Shown here: positions 18,098 through 25,570 of the stretch, in pieces
Numbering within the stretch: the stretch's first letter is position 1
Layout of the letters: the number at the start of each line of letters is the position of its first letter
The notes under the pieces: model-generated
The model's database searches: none
The model's input: the letters and a program-made list of their open reading frames with translations, nothing else
What the model was told of the DNA's origin: nothing
Program-made: the position numbers and the translations under genes
Virus record (IMG/VR): IMGVR_UViG_3300021399_000007
Coordinates: 69,874 to 133,873 of that record
Direction: 5' to 3' (one strand)
Length of the DNA stretch: 64,000 nt
Origin: a virus

Positions 18098-18370
18098 TGT
18101 ACATAAAACTCAAAGAGTCCACCACACTGCGGCGGTCGGTAGAGAGAGACCATAGCAGACTACCTTACGGAAGTCATGATCCGTGAATTTAGGCTATATA
18201 AACGTCTGGGGAGCCTACGAAATGGACAAAGCCATTTTTATATAAATTTGTTGAATCTTTCGGCTAAGTGAGTAATTTATTAAAAAATTAGCTAATATAG
18301 GAATTTTTGAAATAAATGAAAACTGTCAACAAGGTGGGACAGGCAGAGAAAGAACATATACCCACATTTT

Positions 18371-18442
18371 GGTCTTATGGTCTAAAGGTTATGATAATGG
18401 ACTGTCTATCCATGGATCTGGGTTCGATTCCCAGTAAGATCG
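18371..18442 (+). tRNA. tRNA-Asp-like (anticodon GTC) with atypical loop (T37) and weak D-stem
   Basis: GGTCTTA/TAAGATC acceptor, anticodon stem ATGGA/TCCAT loop CTGTCTA, T-arm CTGGG-TTCGATT-CCCAG. Confidence 0.5.
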
Positions 18443-18455
18443 TTTTATTTTTTAA

Positions 18456-18978
18456 GGGTTGTTATACCGTAGATAGTAGCGGGCCTGACTGATTCCAATA
18501 GGAGATTTGATATGAATGAAATTAACAGAAAGTAGTTGGGTAGATTAGGACTAAGTATGGCTATTAATTATTTTACAATTAATGGTTATACAATATCTAT
18601 TCCAATGAATGATACTCAGTGGTATGACTTGGTGATAGAGAAAGATAATAAGTTTTATACTGTCCAATGTAAAGCTACAGCAACTCAAGATAAAACAATA
18701 GATTTTAGATCTACTGGTGGAACTAAAGGAGTTGCTTATGATAATCTTCTTAATCATCCTGAGCTTGATTATTTATTTTGTGTTGATAATGAATTAAATA
18801 TGTGGAATATTCCTGTAAAAGATATAGTTCAAGTTGGAAATTCTAATCAAATTAGACTTCGATTAGAACCAAATAAAAATAATCAAGGATTTCAATCTTA
18901 TCAATATCGAGTTCAATTCTCGAATGGAGTATAAATCAGGTGTCTTAGACTCGGGTGGTGCGACTCCATCACAACCCA
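18456..18978 (+). tRNA. Split tRNA (Ile-like, anticodon GAT if canonical; long variable arm) interrupted between positions 36/37 by a ~440-nt ORF-bearing insert
   Basis: 5' part GGGTTGT..CCTGA-CTGAT (18456-18493); 3' part AA-TCAGG-[GTC-TTA-GAC variable hairpin]-GGTGG-TGCGACT-CCATC-ACAACCC-A (18934-18978); acceptor and anticodon stems complementary across the insert. Confidence 0.3.
18512..18934 (+). CDS. PD-(D/E)XK-type homing-endonuclease-like protein (I-Ssp6803I-like architecture), 1 in-frame TAG
   Basis: MNEINRK[TAG]LGRLGL...YDLVIEKDNKFYTVQCKAT (D...QxK); paralogous to ORFs at 19538 and 21293; track ORF 18536-18934 is the post-TAG part. Confidence 0.5.
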
Positions 18979-18983
18979 TTTTT

Positions 18984-19057
18984 CGCCCGATAGTGGAGTG
19001 GTTTAACACAGCGGTCTCTAAAACCGCGGATCCTGGGTTCGAATCCCAGTCGGGTGA
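18984..19057 (+). tRNA. Amber suppressor tRNA (anticodon CTA, reads UAG); short variable loop (not Leu/Ser/Tyr type)
   Basis: CGCCCGA/TCGGGTG acceptor (G2-U71), D-stem GTGG/ACAC with GG in loop, anticodon stem GCGGT/ACCGC, loop C-T-CTA-A-A (anticodon 19018-19020), T-arm CTGGG-TTCGAAT-CCCAG, discriminator A. Confidence 0.8.
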
Positions 19058-19063
19058 TATATC

Positions 19064-19136
19064 GCGGGGTAGAGCAGTTCGGTAGCTCGTCAGATTCATA
19101 TTCTGAAGGTCGTGGGTTCAAATCCCACCCGCCGCA
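19064..19136 (+). tRNA. tRNA-Met/Ile2-type (anticodon CAT)
   Basis: D-arm GAGC-AGTTCGGTA-GCTC, anticodon stem TCAGA/TCTGA loop TTCATAT, T-arm GTGGG-TTCAAAT-CCCAC; acceptor CGCGGGG vs CCGCCGC pairs imperfectly. Confidence 0.55.
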
Positions 19137-19474
19137 ATTCAAAGCACATATATCCGCGCAGATATATGTTTTGTGCTGAGAAGTTTGTTTTCTACTTTTG
19201 TTCTTAAAATCAAAGAGGGTGACTTTAGATATTCAATAAGAATATCTCCATGCTTCTGGTGACAGCGGTCGTCAATGAGTTCATGTCCTTAATGAGCGAT
19301 TCCCCTACGAGGCGCAAAAAAGTAGAGGGGTTACGAGTCTACTAGCTACTATACTCGTGAGTAGCAAATATGCGGGGGCCACGATACCGTGTGGTGTAAA
19401 ATCGGTAGCATACTGAATAATCAATTCAGAGATCTAAAGTAGCGTATTAGCACGGTGGGCGTGTAGCCGCATTT
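19137..19474 (+). ncRNA. Structured non-coding RNA region (several helices; segment TTCAGAGATCTAAAG resembles a group I P7/R element)
   Basis: CCCCTAC...GTAGAGGGG, GAGTCTACTAGCTACTATACTCGTGAGTAG pairings; no ORF. Confidence 0.25.
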
Positions 19475-20327
19475 GCCTCTATCCGCTAATGGTAGGCGAA
19501 GTGATTTGTTTGCTAACTTTATTAAAAGGTCATATAAGTGAATGAAACTAAACAAAAAGGTTTAATTACGGAAATTTAGTGTGAACTTGCTTTTTCTAAA
19601 TTAGGAATTTTACTTTCTAAACCTATAGTAGAAGATAGTCGATATGATTATTTAGCTGATATAAACGGAAAGTTTTTACGCATCCAATGTAAAACTTCTT
19701 CTATTTCAGAAGATAATAGTTATATAGAATTTGCTACAAGATCTTGTCGATCTAATACTAAAGAAAATTCCAGCAGGAATTATACTAAAGAAGAAATTGA
19801 TTATTTTTATACATGTTATAAAGATAAATCTTATTTAGTTCCCGTTGAAGAGTGTTCTACTACAAAAAAATTAAGATTTCTTCCTCCCAAAAATGGGCAA
19901 ATAGATAAAACTTCATTTGCTAAAGATTATGAATTAAAAAATATTTTATAGAAAAAAGAAAATTTTTTAAATTTTCAAATACATTAGGTAAATATTATAA
20001 ATTCTAGTAAAGAAAATATTTGTAAAGAATGTGGAAAACCCATTTCTAAAACAGCCATATTATGTAATAGTTGCAGAGGACTGAAAGACAGAACTGTAAA
20101 GCGTCCTTTAAGAGAAGAATTAAAAGAATTAATTCGAACTACTTCTTTTACATAGATCGGTAGAAAATATAATATAACTGATAATGCTATTAGAAAATGG
20201 TGTGATTATTATAATTTACCACGAACTAAAAAAGATATAAAAAACTATTCTGAAGAAGAATGGAAAGGAATTTAATAAAGCAAGGCAATCAAATCACTCA
20301 ATCCCCGTTCGAATCGGGGTGGAGGCT
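19475..20327 (+). tRNA. Split tRNA-Thr (anticodon TGT) interrupted between 36/37 by a 780-nt insert carrying a homing-endonuclease-like gene
   Basis: 5' part GCCTCTA-TC-CGCT-AATGGTA-GGCG-A-AGTGA-TTTGT (19475-19509); 3' part AA-TCACT-CAAT-CCCCG-TTCGAAT-CGGGG-TGGAGGC-T (20292-20327); acceptor pairs 7/7 with one G-U, anticodon stem AGTGA/TCACT. Confidence 0.4.
19538..20275 (+). CDS. Homing-endonuclease-like protein: N-terminal PD-(D/E)XK nuclease domain, CxxC..CxxC ribbon, C-terminal NUMOD-like HTH; 4 in-frame TAG codons
   Basis: GTG/ATG start 19538/19542; VNETKQKGLITEI[TAG]CELAF...YDYLADINGKFLRIQCK...PVEECSTTKKLRFLPPKNGQI...NIL[TAG]KKENFLNFQIH[TAG]VNIINSSKENICKECGKPISKTAILCNSC...SFT[TAG]IGRKYNITDNAIRKWCDYYNLP...; ends TAA 20273-20275. 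Confidence 0.5.
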
Positions 20328-20436
20328 TAAAATCACTTACAGCAAAAATTGTTCAGTAGTCAAAAGGTTAAGACATTAATTTTTAAGATTAAGTAATGCT
20401 GGTTCGATTCCAGCCTGAGTTGAGTGATTTGTTTTT

Positions 20437-20520
20437 GCGGGCGTGGCGGAATAGGCAGACGCACGGGACTTAAAATCCCGAGGACATGAGTCCGTGTGGG
20501 TTCAACTCCCACCGCCCGCA
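20437..20520 (+). tRNA. tRNA-Leu (anticodon TAA), type II
   Basis: GCGGGCG/CGCCCGC acceptor, anticodon stem CGGGA/TCCCG loop CTTAAAA, variable hairpin GGACATGAGTCC, T-arm GTGGG-TTCAACT-CCCAC. Confidence 0.8.
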
Positions 20521-20693
20521 TTAATAAATATATTTGGATAGTTTGGAATCTATCGTCGCACTTTATTATTGGTTGAGTATAAGTGCGACAAAACCCAACC
20601 AAAGGGCAAATATATTATATATAAAAGTTTTGCAAAACTTATTAGAATTGCCCAATAGCAAATTATTAATGGAAGATGGGCATTAATTACAAT

Positions 20694-20767
20694 TTGATAG
20701 GTAGCTCAATTGGTAGAGCGGCGGCGCGTTAAGCCGTGTGTTGGAGATTCGAGTTCTCCCCTATCAA
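20694..20767 (+). tRNA. tRNA-Asn-like (anticodon GTT) with non-canonical anticodon loop GCGTTAA (C at position 33)
   Basis: TGATAGG/CCTATCA acceptor, D GCTC-AATTGGTA-GAGC, anticodon stem GCGGC/GCCGT, T-arm GGAGA-TTCGAGT-TCTCC. Confidence 0.5.
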
Positions 20768-20773
20768 CTATAT

Positions 20774-20858
20774 GGTGTAGTACCTCAGTGGGGAGGAGGC
20801 GCGGTCCTGAAAACCGTCGCTCCGAGAGGGGCTGAAGGTTCGAATCCTTCCTGCACCG
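20774..20858 (+). tRNA. tRNA-Ser (anticodon TGA), type II, loop CCTGAAA
   Basis: GGTGTAG/CTGCACC acceptor, 3-bp D-stem, anticodon stem GCGGT/ACCGT, variable hairpin GCTCC-GAGA-GGGGC, T-arm GAAGG-TTCGAAT-CCTTC. Confidence 0.7.
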
Positions 20859-20862
20859 CTAT

Positions 20863-20951
20863 TGGATGGGTGGCAGAGTTGGTTGAATGCGGCACCCTGC
20901 TAAGGTGTTAGTCACTTCGGTGGCTCGCGAGTTCGAATCTCGCCTCATCCG
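20863..20951 (+). tRNA. tRNA-Ser (anticodon GCT), type II
   Basis: GGATGGG/CTCATCC acceptor, anticodon stem GCACC/GGTGT loop CTGCTAA, variable hairpin GTCAC-TTCG-GTGGC, T-arm GCGAG-TTCGAAT-CTCGC. Confidence 0.75.
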
Positions 20952-20957
20952 CTATAT

Positions 20958-21034
20958 GGCTCTGAGGGAAAACAGATTGATCTGCCTGCCTGTCACGCAG
21001 GAGATAGCGGGTTCGAGTCCCGCCAGAGTCGCCA
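20958..21034 (+). tRNA. tRNA-Asp (anticodon GTC), encoded CCA
   Basis: GGCTCTG/CAGAGTC acceptor, anticodon arm CCTGC-CTGTCAC-GCAGG identical to E. coli tRNA-Asp, T-arm GCGGG-TTCGAGT-CCCGC, G-CCA 3' end; D-arm divergent. Confidence 0.7.
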
Positions 21035-21228
21035 TTTGGGGTTGATTCTCACCCTACCACCGAGAATCCCGAAGTTGCTGGTTGGTGAATGTAACCGTTA
21101 TGCTGGTATTAGGGGTTAATAAATCCAGTTGTTCTATCAGGAGATCAAGAAACCTGATCATCATGGCATGGATAGCCTGAGGGTTGGACCCGACCCATCT
21201 TGTTGTAAAGATTGGTTATCAGGGCATA

Positions 21229-21780
21229 GGGGGTCATAGCTCAGTTGGGAGAGCGCATCCCTTGCTTGAAAAACTTATATTTTTAAAATATTATGGAAAC
21301 TAAACAACTTGGAAATTTAACTTAGTTACAATGTATTACTCGTTTTTATGAATTAGGATATTCAGTATCAATACCTTATGGAGATAGTGAAAAATATGAT
21401 ATGATACTTGATATTAATGGAAAATTATATAAACTTCAAGCAAAACATGCTAAAGAATTTTATACAGAAGATAATCAATTATCATATATAAAGATAAAAA
21501 CTTCTTGGCAATCTGGATATACTAAACAAAGTCAATATCATACAAATAAGTATTCTAAAAATGAAATTGATTTTTTTGTTACATACTTTCAAGGTAAAAA
21601 TTATTTAATTCCAGTAGAAGAATGCTCAACTGAAAAAATATTAAGAATTTTACCTCCAAAAAATGGACAAATAAAAGGAATATCTTTTTTAGAAAACTAT
21701 ATTGATGAGGAGGTTATTAAAAAATTATAAGTATTATCAGGTAAAGGATGAGGTCGAGAGTTCGATTCTCTCTGGCTCCA
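21229..21780 (+). tRNA. Split tRNA-Ala (anticodon TGC, G3-U70 present) interrupted between 36/37 by a ~478-nt insert carrying a homing-endonuclease-like gene; CCA encoded
   Basis: 5' part GGGGGTC-AT-AGCTC-AGTTGGGA-GAGC-G-CATCC-CTTGC (21229-21265); 3' part AA-GGATG-AGGTC-GAGAG-TTCGATT-CTCTC-TGGCTCC-A-CCA (21744-21783); anticodon stem CATCC/GGATG perfect. Confidence 0.5.
21293..21730 (+). CDS. PD-(D/E)XK-type homing-endonuclease-like protein, 1 in-frame TAG
   Basis: METKQLGNLT[TAG]LQCITRFYELGYSVSIPYGDSEKYDMILDINGKLYKLQAKHA...PVEECSTEKILRILPPKNGQI...; track ORF 21401-21730 is the post-TAG part. Confidence 0.5.
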
Positions 21781-21921
21781 CCATTGCGGCATCTGGAACT
21801 ATGTATTTAGTTTTAACCACGCCAAAAGCAAGAAGGATTGGATTCGCGAATACAGATGAGACTTCTTGTAAAGACCCTCTGGCTTGATAGTTACTTCGAG
21901 AAGTATAGGAACTATCAATAG

Positions 21922-21997
21922 ACTCGATTAACTCAGCTGGGAGAGTGCGACTCTTACAAAGTCGAAGTCGTTGGTTCGAGTCCAACATCGAGTACCA
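21922..21997 (+). tRNA. tRNA-Val (anticodon TAC), encoded CCA
   Basis: ACTCGAT/ATCGAGT acceptor, D ACTC-AGCTGGGA-GAGT, anticodon stem CGACT/AGTCG loop CTTACAA, T-arm GTTGG-TTCGAGT-CCAAC, A-CCA. Confidence 0.8.
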
Positions 21998-22120
21998 TCT
22001 GCGGGGCCGGCGTATAAATGGTCCTACCACCCGACTCGTAGTGAACACGGAACGCTGAAAGGTCTTGGGGAACTCCAGGGTAAGATACTCTGCAAGGGAG
22101 GTTGTGCTCCCTACTTTTAA

Positions 22121-22192
22121 CGGGGCGTAGCGTAGCGGCGACGCGCTAGTTTTGGGAACTAGATCAGGTGGGTTCAACTCCCGCCGCCCCGA
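22121..22192 (+). tRNA. tRNA-Pro (anticodon TGG)
   Basis: CGGGGCG/CGCCCCG acceptor, D GCGT/ACGC, anticodon arm CTAGT-TTTGGGA-ACTAG, T-arm GTGGG-TTCAACT-CCCGC. Confidence 0.75.
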
Positions 22193-22542
22193 TTGTCTTT
22201 CAAAACCTGACGTTTAGCTTATTATAAAAATAAGTTTCGTACTATTAATAACAGAGATAGGAATTAAATAAACGTAAACCCATTGTAGCCCCCGACACGG
22301 AAACAATAAGAATAGAAGTTATTTGAAATGATATATAATAGCTCTCGAAAAAAGTAGGTTAACAATACTGAAAATTTTCTTGGATACAGATAGGGAAATC
22401 GCAATGAAATGTCCAATAGTTGAAGGTCTATTGGAAGAACACTATAGTGTTTTAAAGTTTAGGTGTTCACGATATAACTTTTGGTAGGGTGATGTAATGG
22501 ATGGTTGGCCCCTAAATCTTTTAAAGCAAAGGAGTGTTTTTT

Positions 22543-23115
22543 ATGAAAAAAATAATATTATGTACTGCTTTTTCCTTATTTTTACTTAACACTGATGCGG
22601 TTGCCGCTACAAAAAAAGTCACCGCAAATTTAAATGTAAGAAAATAGCCAAATACAGAGTCTGAAATAGTTGGGTTATTACCAAAAGGGAAGATAATTAA
22701 AACTAAAAAGACTGAAAATTAGAATTGGGATAAAATTAAATATGAAGATGAAACTTGCTATGTTTGTAATACTTATTTAGAAAAAGTAAGTAAAGAATAG
22801 CTAGAAAAGATAGAAGAACTTTTATCCTTACGAGAAATTTCTTTAGAAGATTTTAGATATAGAGGTGTTATTAATTGGAGTGGATGGAATTGGACATATT
22901 ACTTAATGAGTCAATTCCCTGGATCAACTTCAACACCAGTAGAGGGAAGGTATGTTAATGATGAAGATTTTGTTTGTGATAGTTAGGGATATATAATTTT
23001 AGCTTCAGTTGACTTATCTCCCTACACAATAGTAGATACACCATTTGGTTATCAAGGTAAGGTATATGATACTGGATGCCCATATGGAACACTTGATGTT
23101 TACGTTAATTGGTAA
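22543..23115 (+). CDS. Secreted SH3b + 3D-domain protein (cell-wall binding / MltA-like), 4 in-frame TAG codons
   Basis: Signal peptide MKKIILCTAFSLFLLNTDAVAA; SH3b-like KVTANLNVRK[TAG]PNTESEIVGLLPKGKII; C-terminal 3D-like ...YQGKVYDTGCPYGTLDVYVNW; frame continuous to TAA 23113-23115. Confidence 0.45.
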
Positions 23116-23117
23116 TT

Positions 23118-23165
23118 ATTTGAAAAAATAAAAAAATTTTATTATAATATATATATAAAGAAAAG
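23118..23165 (+). promoter_or_regulatory. Middle-class promoter motif
   Basis: aaaaaataaaaaaattttatTATAATATATATATAAAGAAAAG. Confidence 0.5.
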
Positions 23166-23470
23166 ATGCTTACAGCAAATAAATATAATACAAAAAAAAC
23201 ATTAACCTGGAAAAATTTTTTTAGTATACGCATCTTGAAAATAGGGGATTAATACAACAGTAGTATATGCGGCTTTGACCCGTAGTACCCAGGGGCAGCA
23301 CCTGGATCCCCTGTTTTTGTAGACACATGCAGCAAAATATTATAAATTTTTAGGAAAATTTAACAGAAGAATATTAAGTGTCTAGTTTAATCAGTTTCTT
23401 TACTCCCTTTCTTTTGATTTTGGGGCTAGACATATTACGTCTAGCCCTATATTTTTTGGAGAAAAATAAA

Positions 23471-23770
23471 ATGAGCAGATCTTATAAAAAAGCTCCTTAT
23501 TATGGAGATAAAAAAAATAAAGAAACTAAAAGAATAGCAAATAAAGCTGTTAGAAATTATCTTAAAAATTTTGAACATGAATTACCTAAAAGAGATTTTA
23601 GAAAAGTTTTTTGTTCTTGGGATATATGTGATTACGGTTGGCTACGGCCTTGGGAAGAATATTGGAAAAATTGTTTAAGAAATTACAAAAGACATCCTGA
23701 ATGGTATAAGCATCCACCGAATAAAAAAGAAGAATATAGAAACTGGTATAAAACTTATAAAATGAAGTGA
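23471..23770 (+). CDS. Small basic Trp/Tyr-rich protein (99 aa)
   Basis: ATG 23471 after GGAGAAAAATAAA; frame of track ORF 23378-23770. Confidence 0.5.
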   Translation: MSRSYKKAPYYGDKKNKETKRIANKAVRNYLKNFEHELPKRDFRKVFCSWDICDYGWLRPWEEYWKNCLRNYKRHPEWYKHPPNKKEEYRNWYKTYKMK

Positions 23771-23788
23771 TAAAAGGAGATAAAGGAT

Positions 23789-25300
23789 ATGAATACTTTT
23801 CTTAATCAGATGAAGAAAGATAATAATATTGATTATACAGAGAATGGCGGCGTGACCCGCAAGTCTACGGAATCTAAGGTTCTTGATATGTTCGCAGTCG
23901 GTGGTGCATACAGAAACCGTTCTGATGAAGATGTTATTCTTCTCTTCAAAAACGCATTTGAAGAAGACCGCCTTCTGGCTATGAAATGCCTGTTTTATCT
24001 TCGCGATGTGCGCGGAGGACAGGGAGAAAGACGCTTCTTTAGAGTTGCCTTTCGCTGGCTTTGTGACGAATATCCTGAAGTTGCAAAGAAGAACCTTGAC
24101 AATGTTAGTGAGTATGGTCGCTGGGATGATTTGATTTATGTTACGGAAGGTACTAGATGTCAAACCGCCGCATTTAATATCATCAAGCATCAGCTTGCTC
24201 TTGATACTCAGTGCAAAACACCATCCTTGCTTGCAAAGTGGCTTCCTTCTCAGAATGCTTCCAATGCGGAGACCAAGAGATTGGGACATGTTTTGGCAAA
24301 TTTCTTAGGGATGACCAGCCGCGAATATCGTAAGACCCTTTCTGTTCTTCGTGAACGCATTAATGTGCTTGAGCGTCTTATGAGCACTGGTAGATGGGAT
24401 GAAATCGAATTTGATAAAATTCCTTCTAGAGCAGGTATTATTTATCGTAATGCCTTTGCTCGCCGCGATATTCTTGCCAAAAAGTATGAAGCTTTTGCCA
24501 AGAGTAAAGATACTAAGGTAAATGCAGATGCACTGTATCCGCACGATATTGCTCACAGAGCTTTTGAGATGCGTTATCATACTAACCTTGAAGATCCCAC
24601 TCGTCTTATGCTTCAGAAGTATTGGGATAATCTCAAAGACTTCTATAACGGCAGAGAAGAGAATGGTATTGCAGTCGTTGATGTGTCTGGCTCCATGTCT
24701 GGAACTCCAATGGAAGCTGCAGTTTCTATGGGGGCTTACATCGCAGATAAAGCACATGGGCCTTTTGCGAATCACTTTATTACTTTTTCTTCCTCTCCTG
24801 AATTGGTAAGGTTTGAAGGAGTTGATATTGTTGATAAGTTTCGTCGTTGTGTTGGGGCAAACTGGAGTATGAATACCAACTTGCAGGCGGTATTTGATAT
24901 GCTTCTGCATACTGCAATGAGAAAGAATGTAAAGGCTGAAGATATGCCGACTCGAATTTACATTTTTTCTGATATGGAGTTTGATCAGTGTGTGTCTTTT
25001 GATTGTACCCCTAAGCTTCACAGATGGGAAGGTTACCGTACTGTCAACTCTGTTGATGAGGTAAATTCCGATCTTGAGAAGATTAAAAAGGAATGGGCAC
25101 GGTATGGATACAAAATGCCTCAGGTCATCTTTTGGAATCTCGATGCCCGTCAGAATCATATTCCAGCTATTGGAGAAGGGTTCAGTTACGTGAGTGGTTT
25201 TTCGCCTTCTATGATTGACTGCATCTTGAGCGGCAAGGATGGCTGGGATTTGATGCTTGAAAAGCTCATGTCCAAACGTTATGCGGCAGTTGTTGCATAA
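23789..25300 (+). CDS. vWA-domain protein of the DUF2828/Ro60-like type (503 aa)
   Basis: MIDAS motif VVDVSGSMSG, N-terminal TROVE-like helical region (LLAMKCLFYLRDVRGGQGERRFFR); higher GC than surroundings. Confidence 0.55.
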   Translation: MNTFLNQMKKDNNIDYTENGGVTRKSTESKVLDMFAVGGAYRNRSDEDVILLFKNAFEEDRLLAMKCLFYLRDVRGGQGERRFFRVAFRWLCDEYPEVAKKNLDNVSEYGRWDDLIYVTEGTRCQTAAFNIIKHQLALDTQCKTPSLLAKWLPSQNASNAETKRLGHVLANFLGMTSREYRKTLSVLRERINVLERLMSTGRWDEIEFDKIPSRAGIIYRNAFARRDILAKKYEAFAKSKDTKVNADALYPHDIAHRAFEMRYHTNLEDPTRLMLQKYWDNLKDFYNGREENGIAVVDVSGSMSGTPMEAAVSMGAYIADKAHGPFANHFITFSSSPELVRFEGVDIVDKFRRCVGANWSMNTNLQAVFDMLLHTAMRKNVKAEDMPTRIYIFSDMEFDQCVSFDCTPKLHRWEGYRTVNSVDEVNSDLEKIKKEWARYGYKMPQVIFWNLDARQNHIPAIGEGFSYVSGFSPSMIDCILSGKDGWDLMLEKLMSKRYAAVVA

Positions 25301-25310
25301 TTTTATATAT

Positions 25311-25346
25311 GAAGGATATGCAAAAATTGCATATCCTTCTTTTTTT
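25311..25346 (+). terminator. Rho-independent terminator
   Basis: AAGGATATGCA-aaaat-TGCATATCCTT + CTTTTTTTG. Confidence 0.6.
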
Positions 25347-25570
25347 GTGTGTAGAAAATGGATAAATGGATTTTTAAGGTCTACTTCAATAAATCTCCAA
25401 AACTGTTCGGCGCGCAGACACTCGTATTTCAGAATTCAAAACGGCCTTTGGATTTTTTATTTTTGCATTTTTATATTCGGTATTTTGGTCAAAAATAGAT
25501 AACTACCATTATTAATTTTTAATATAAGATATAGGAATGAATATGCTAATCAAAAGGAGGGACTATAATT

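Noticed and set aside
19515-21743. Classical group I self-splicing introns as explanation for the tRNA inserts
   Set aside because: Only 13-25 nt of non-ORF sequence at each end of each insert, too little for a P1-P9 ribozyme core; left open as an unknown mechanism.
18863-22177. Minus-strand ORFs 18863-19099, 20360-20602, 21737-22177 and plus ORF 21702-21887
   Set aside because: They overlap well-formed tRNA genes (Sup, Met, Leu, Ala 3' part, Val, Pro); tRNA-dense DNA yields spurious ORFs.
24305-25159. 284-aa minus-strand ORF antisense to the vWA gene
   Set aside because: Sense strand has MIDAS motif and coherent protein; antisense product is Ser/Ile/Asn-rich with no RBS or signals.
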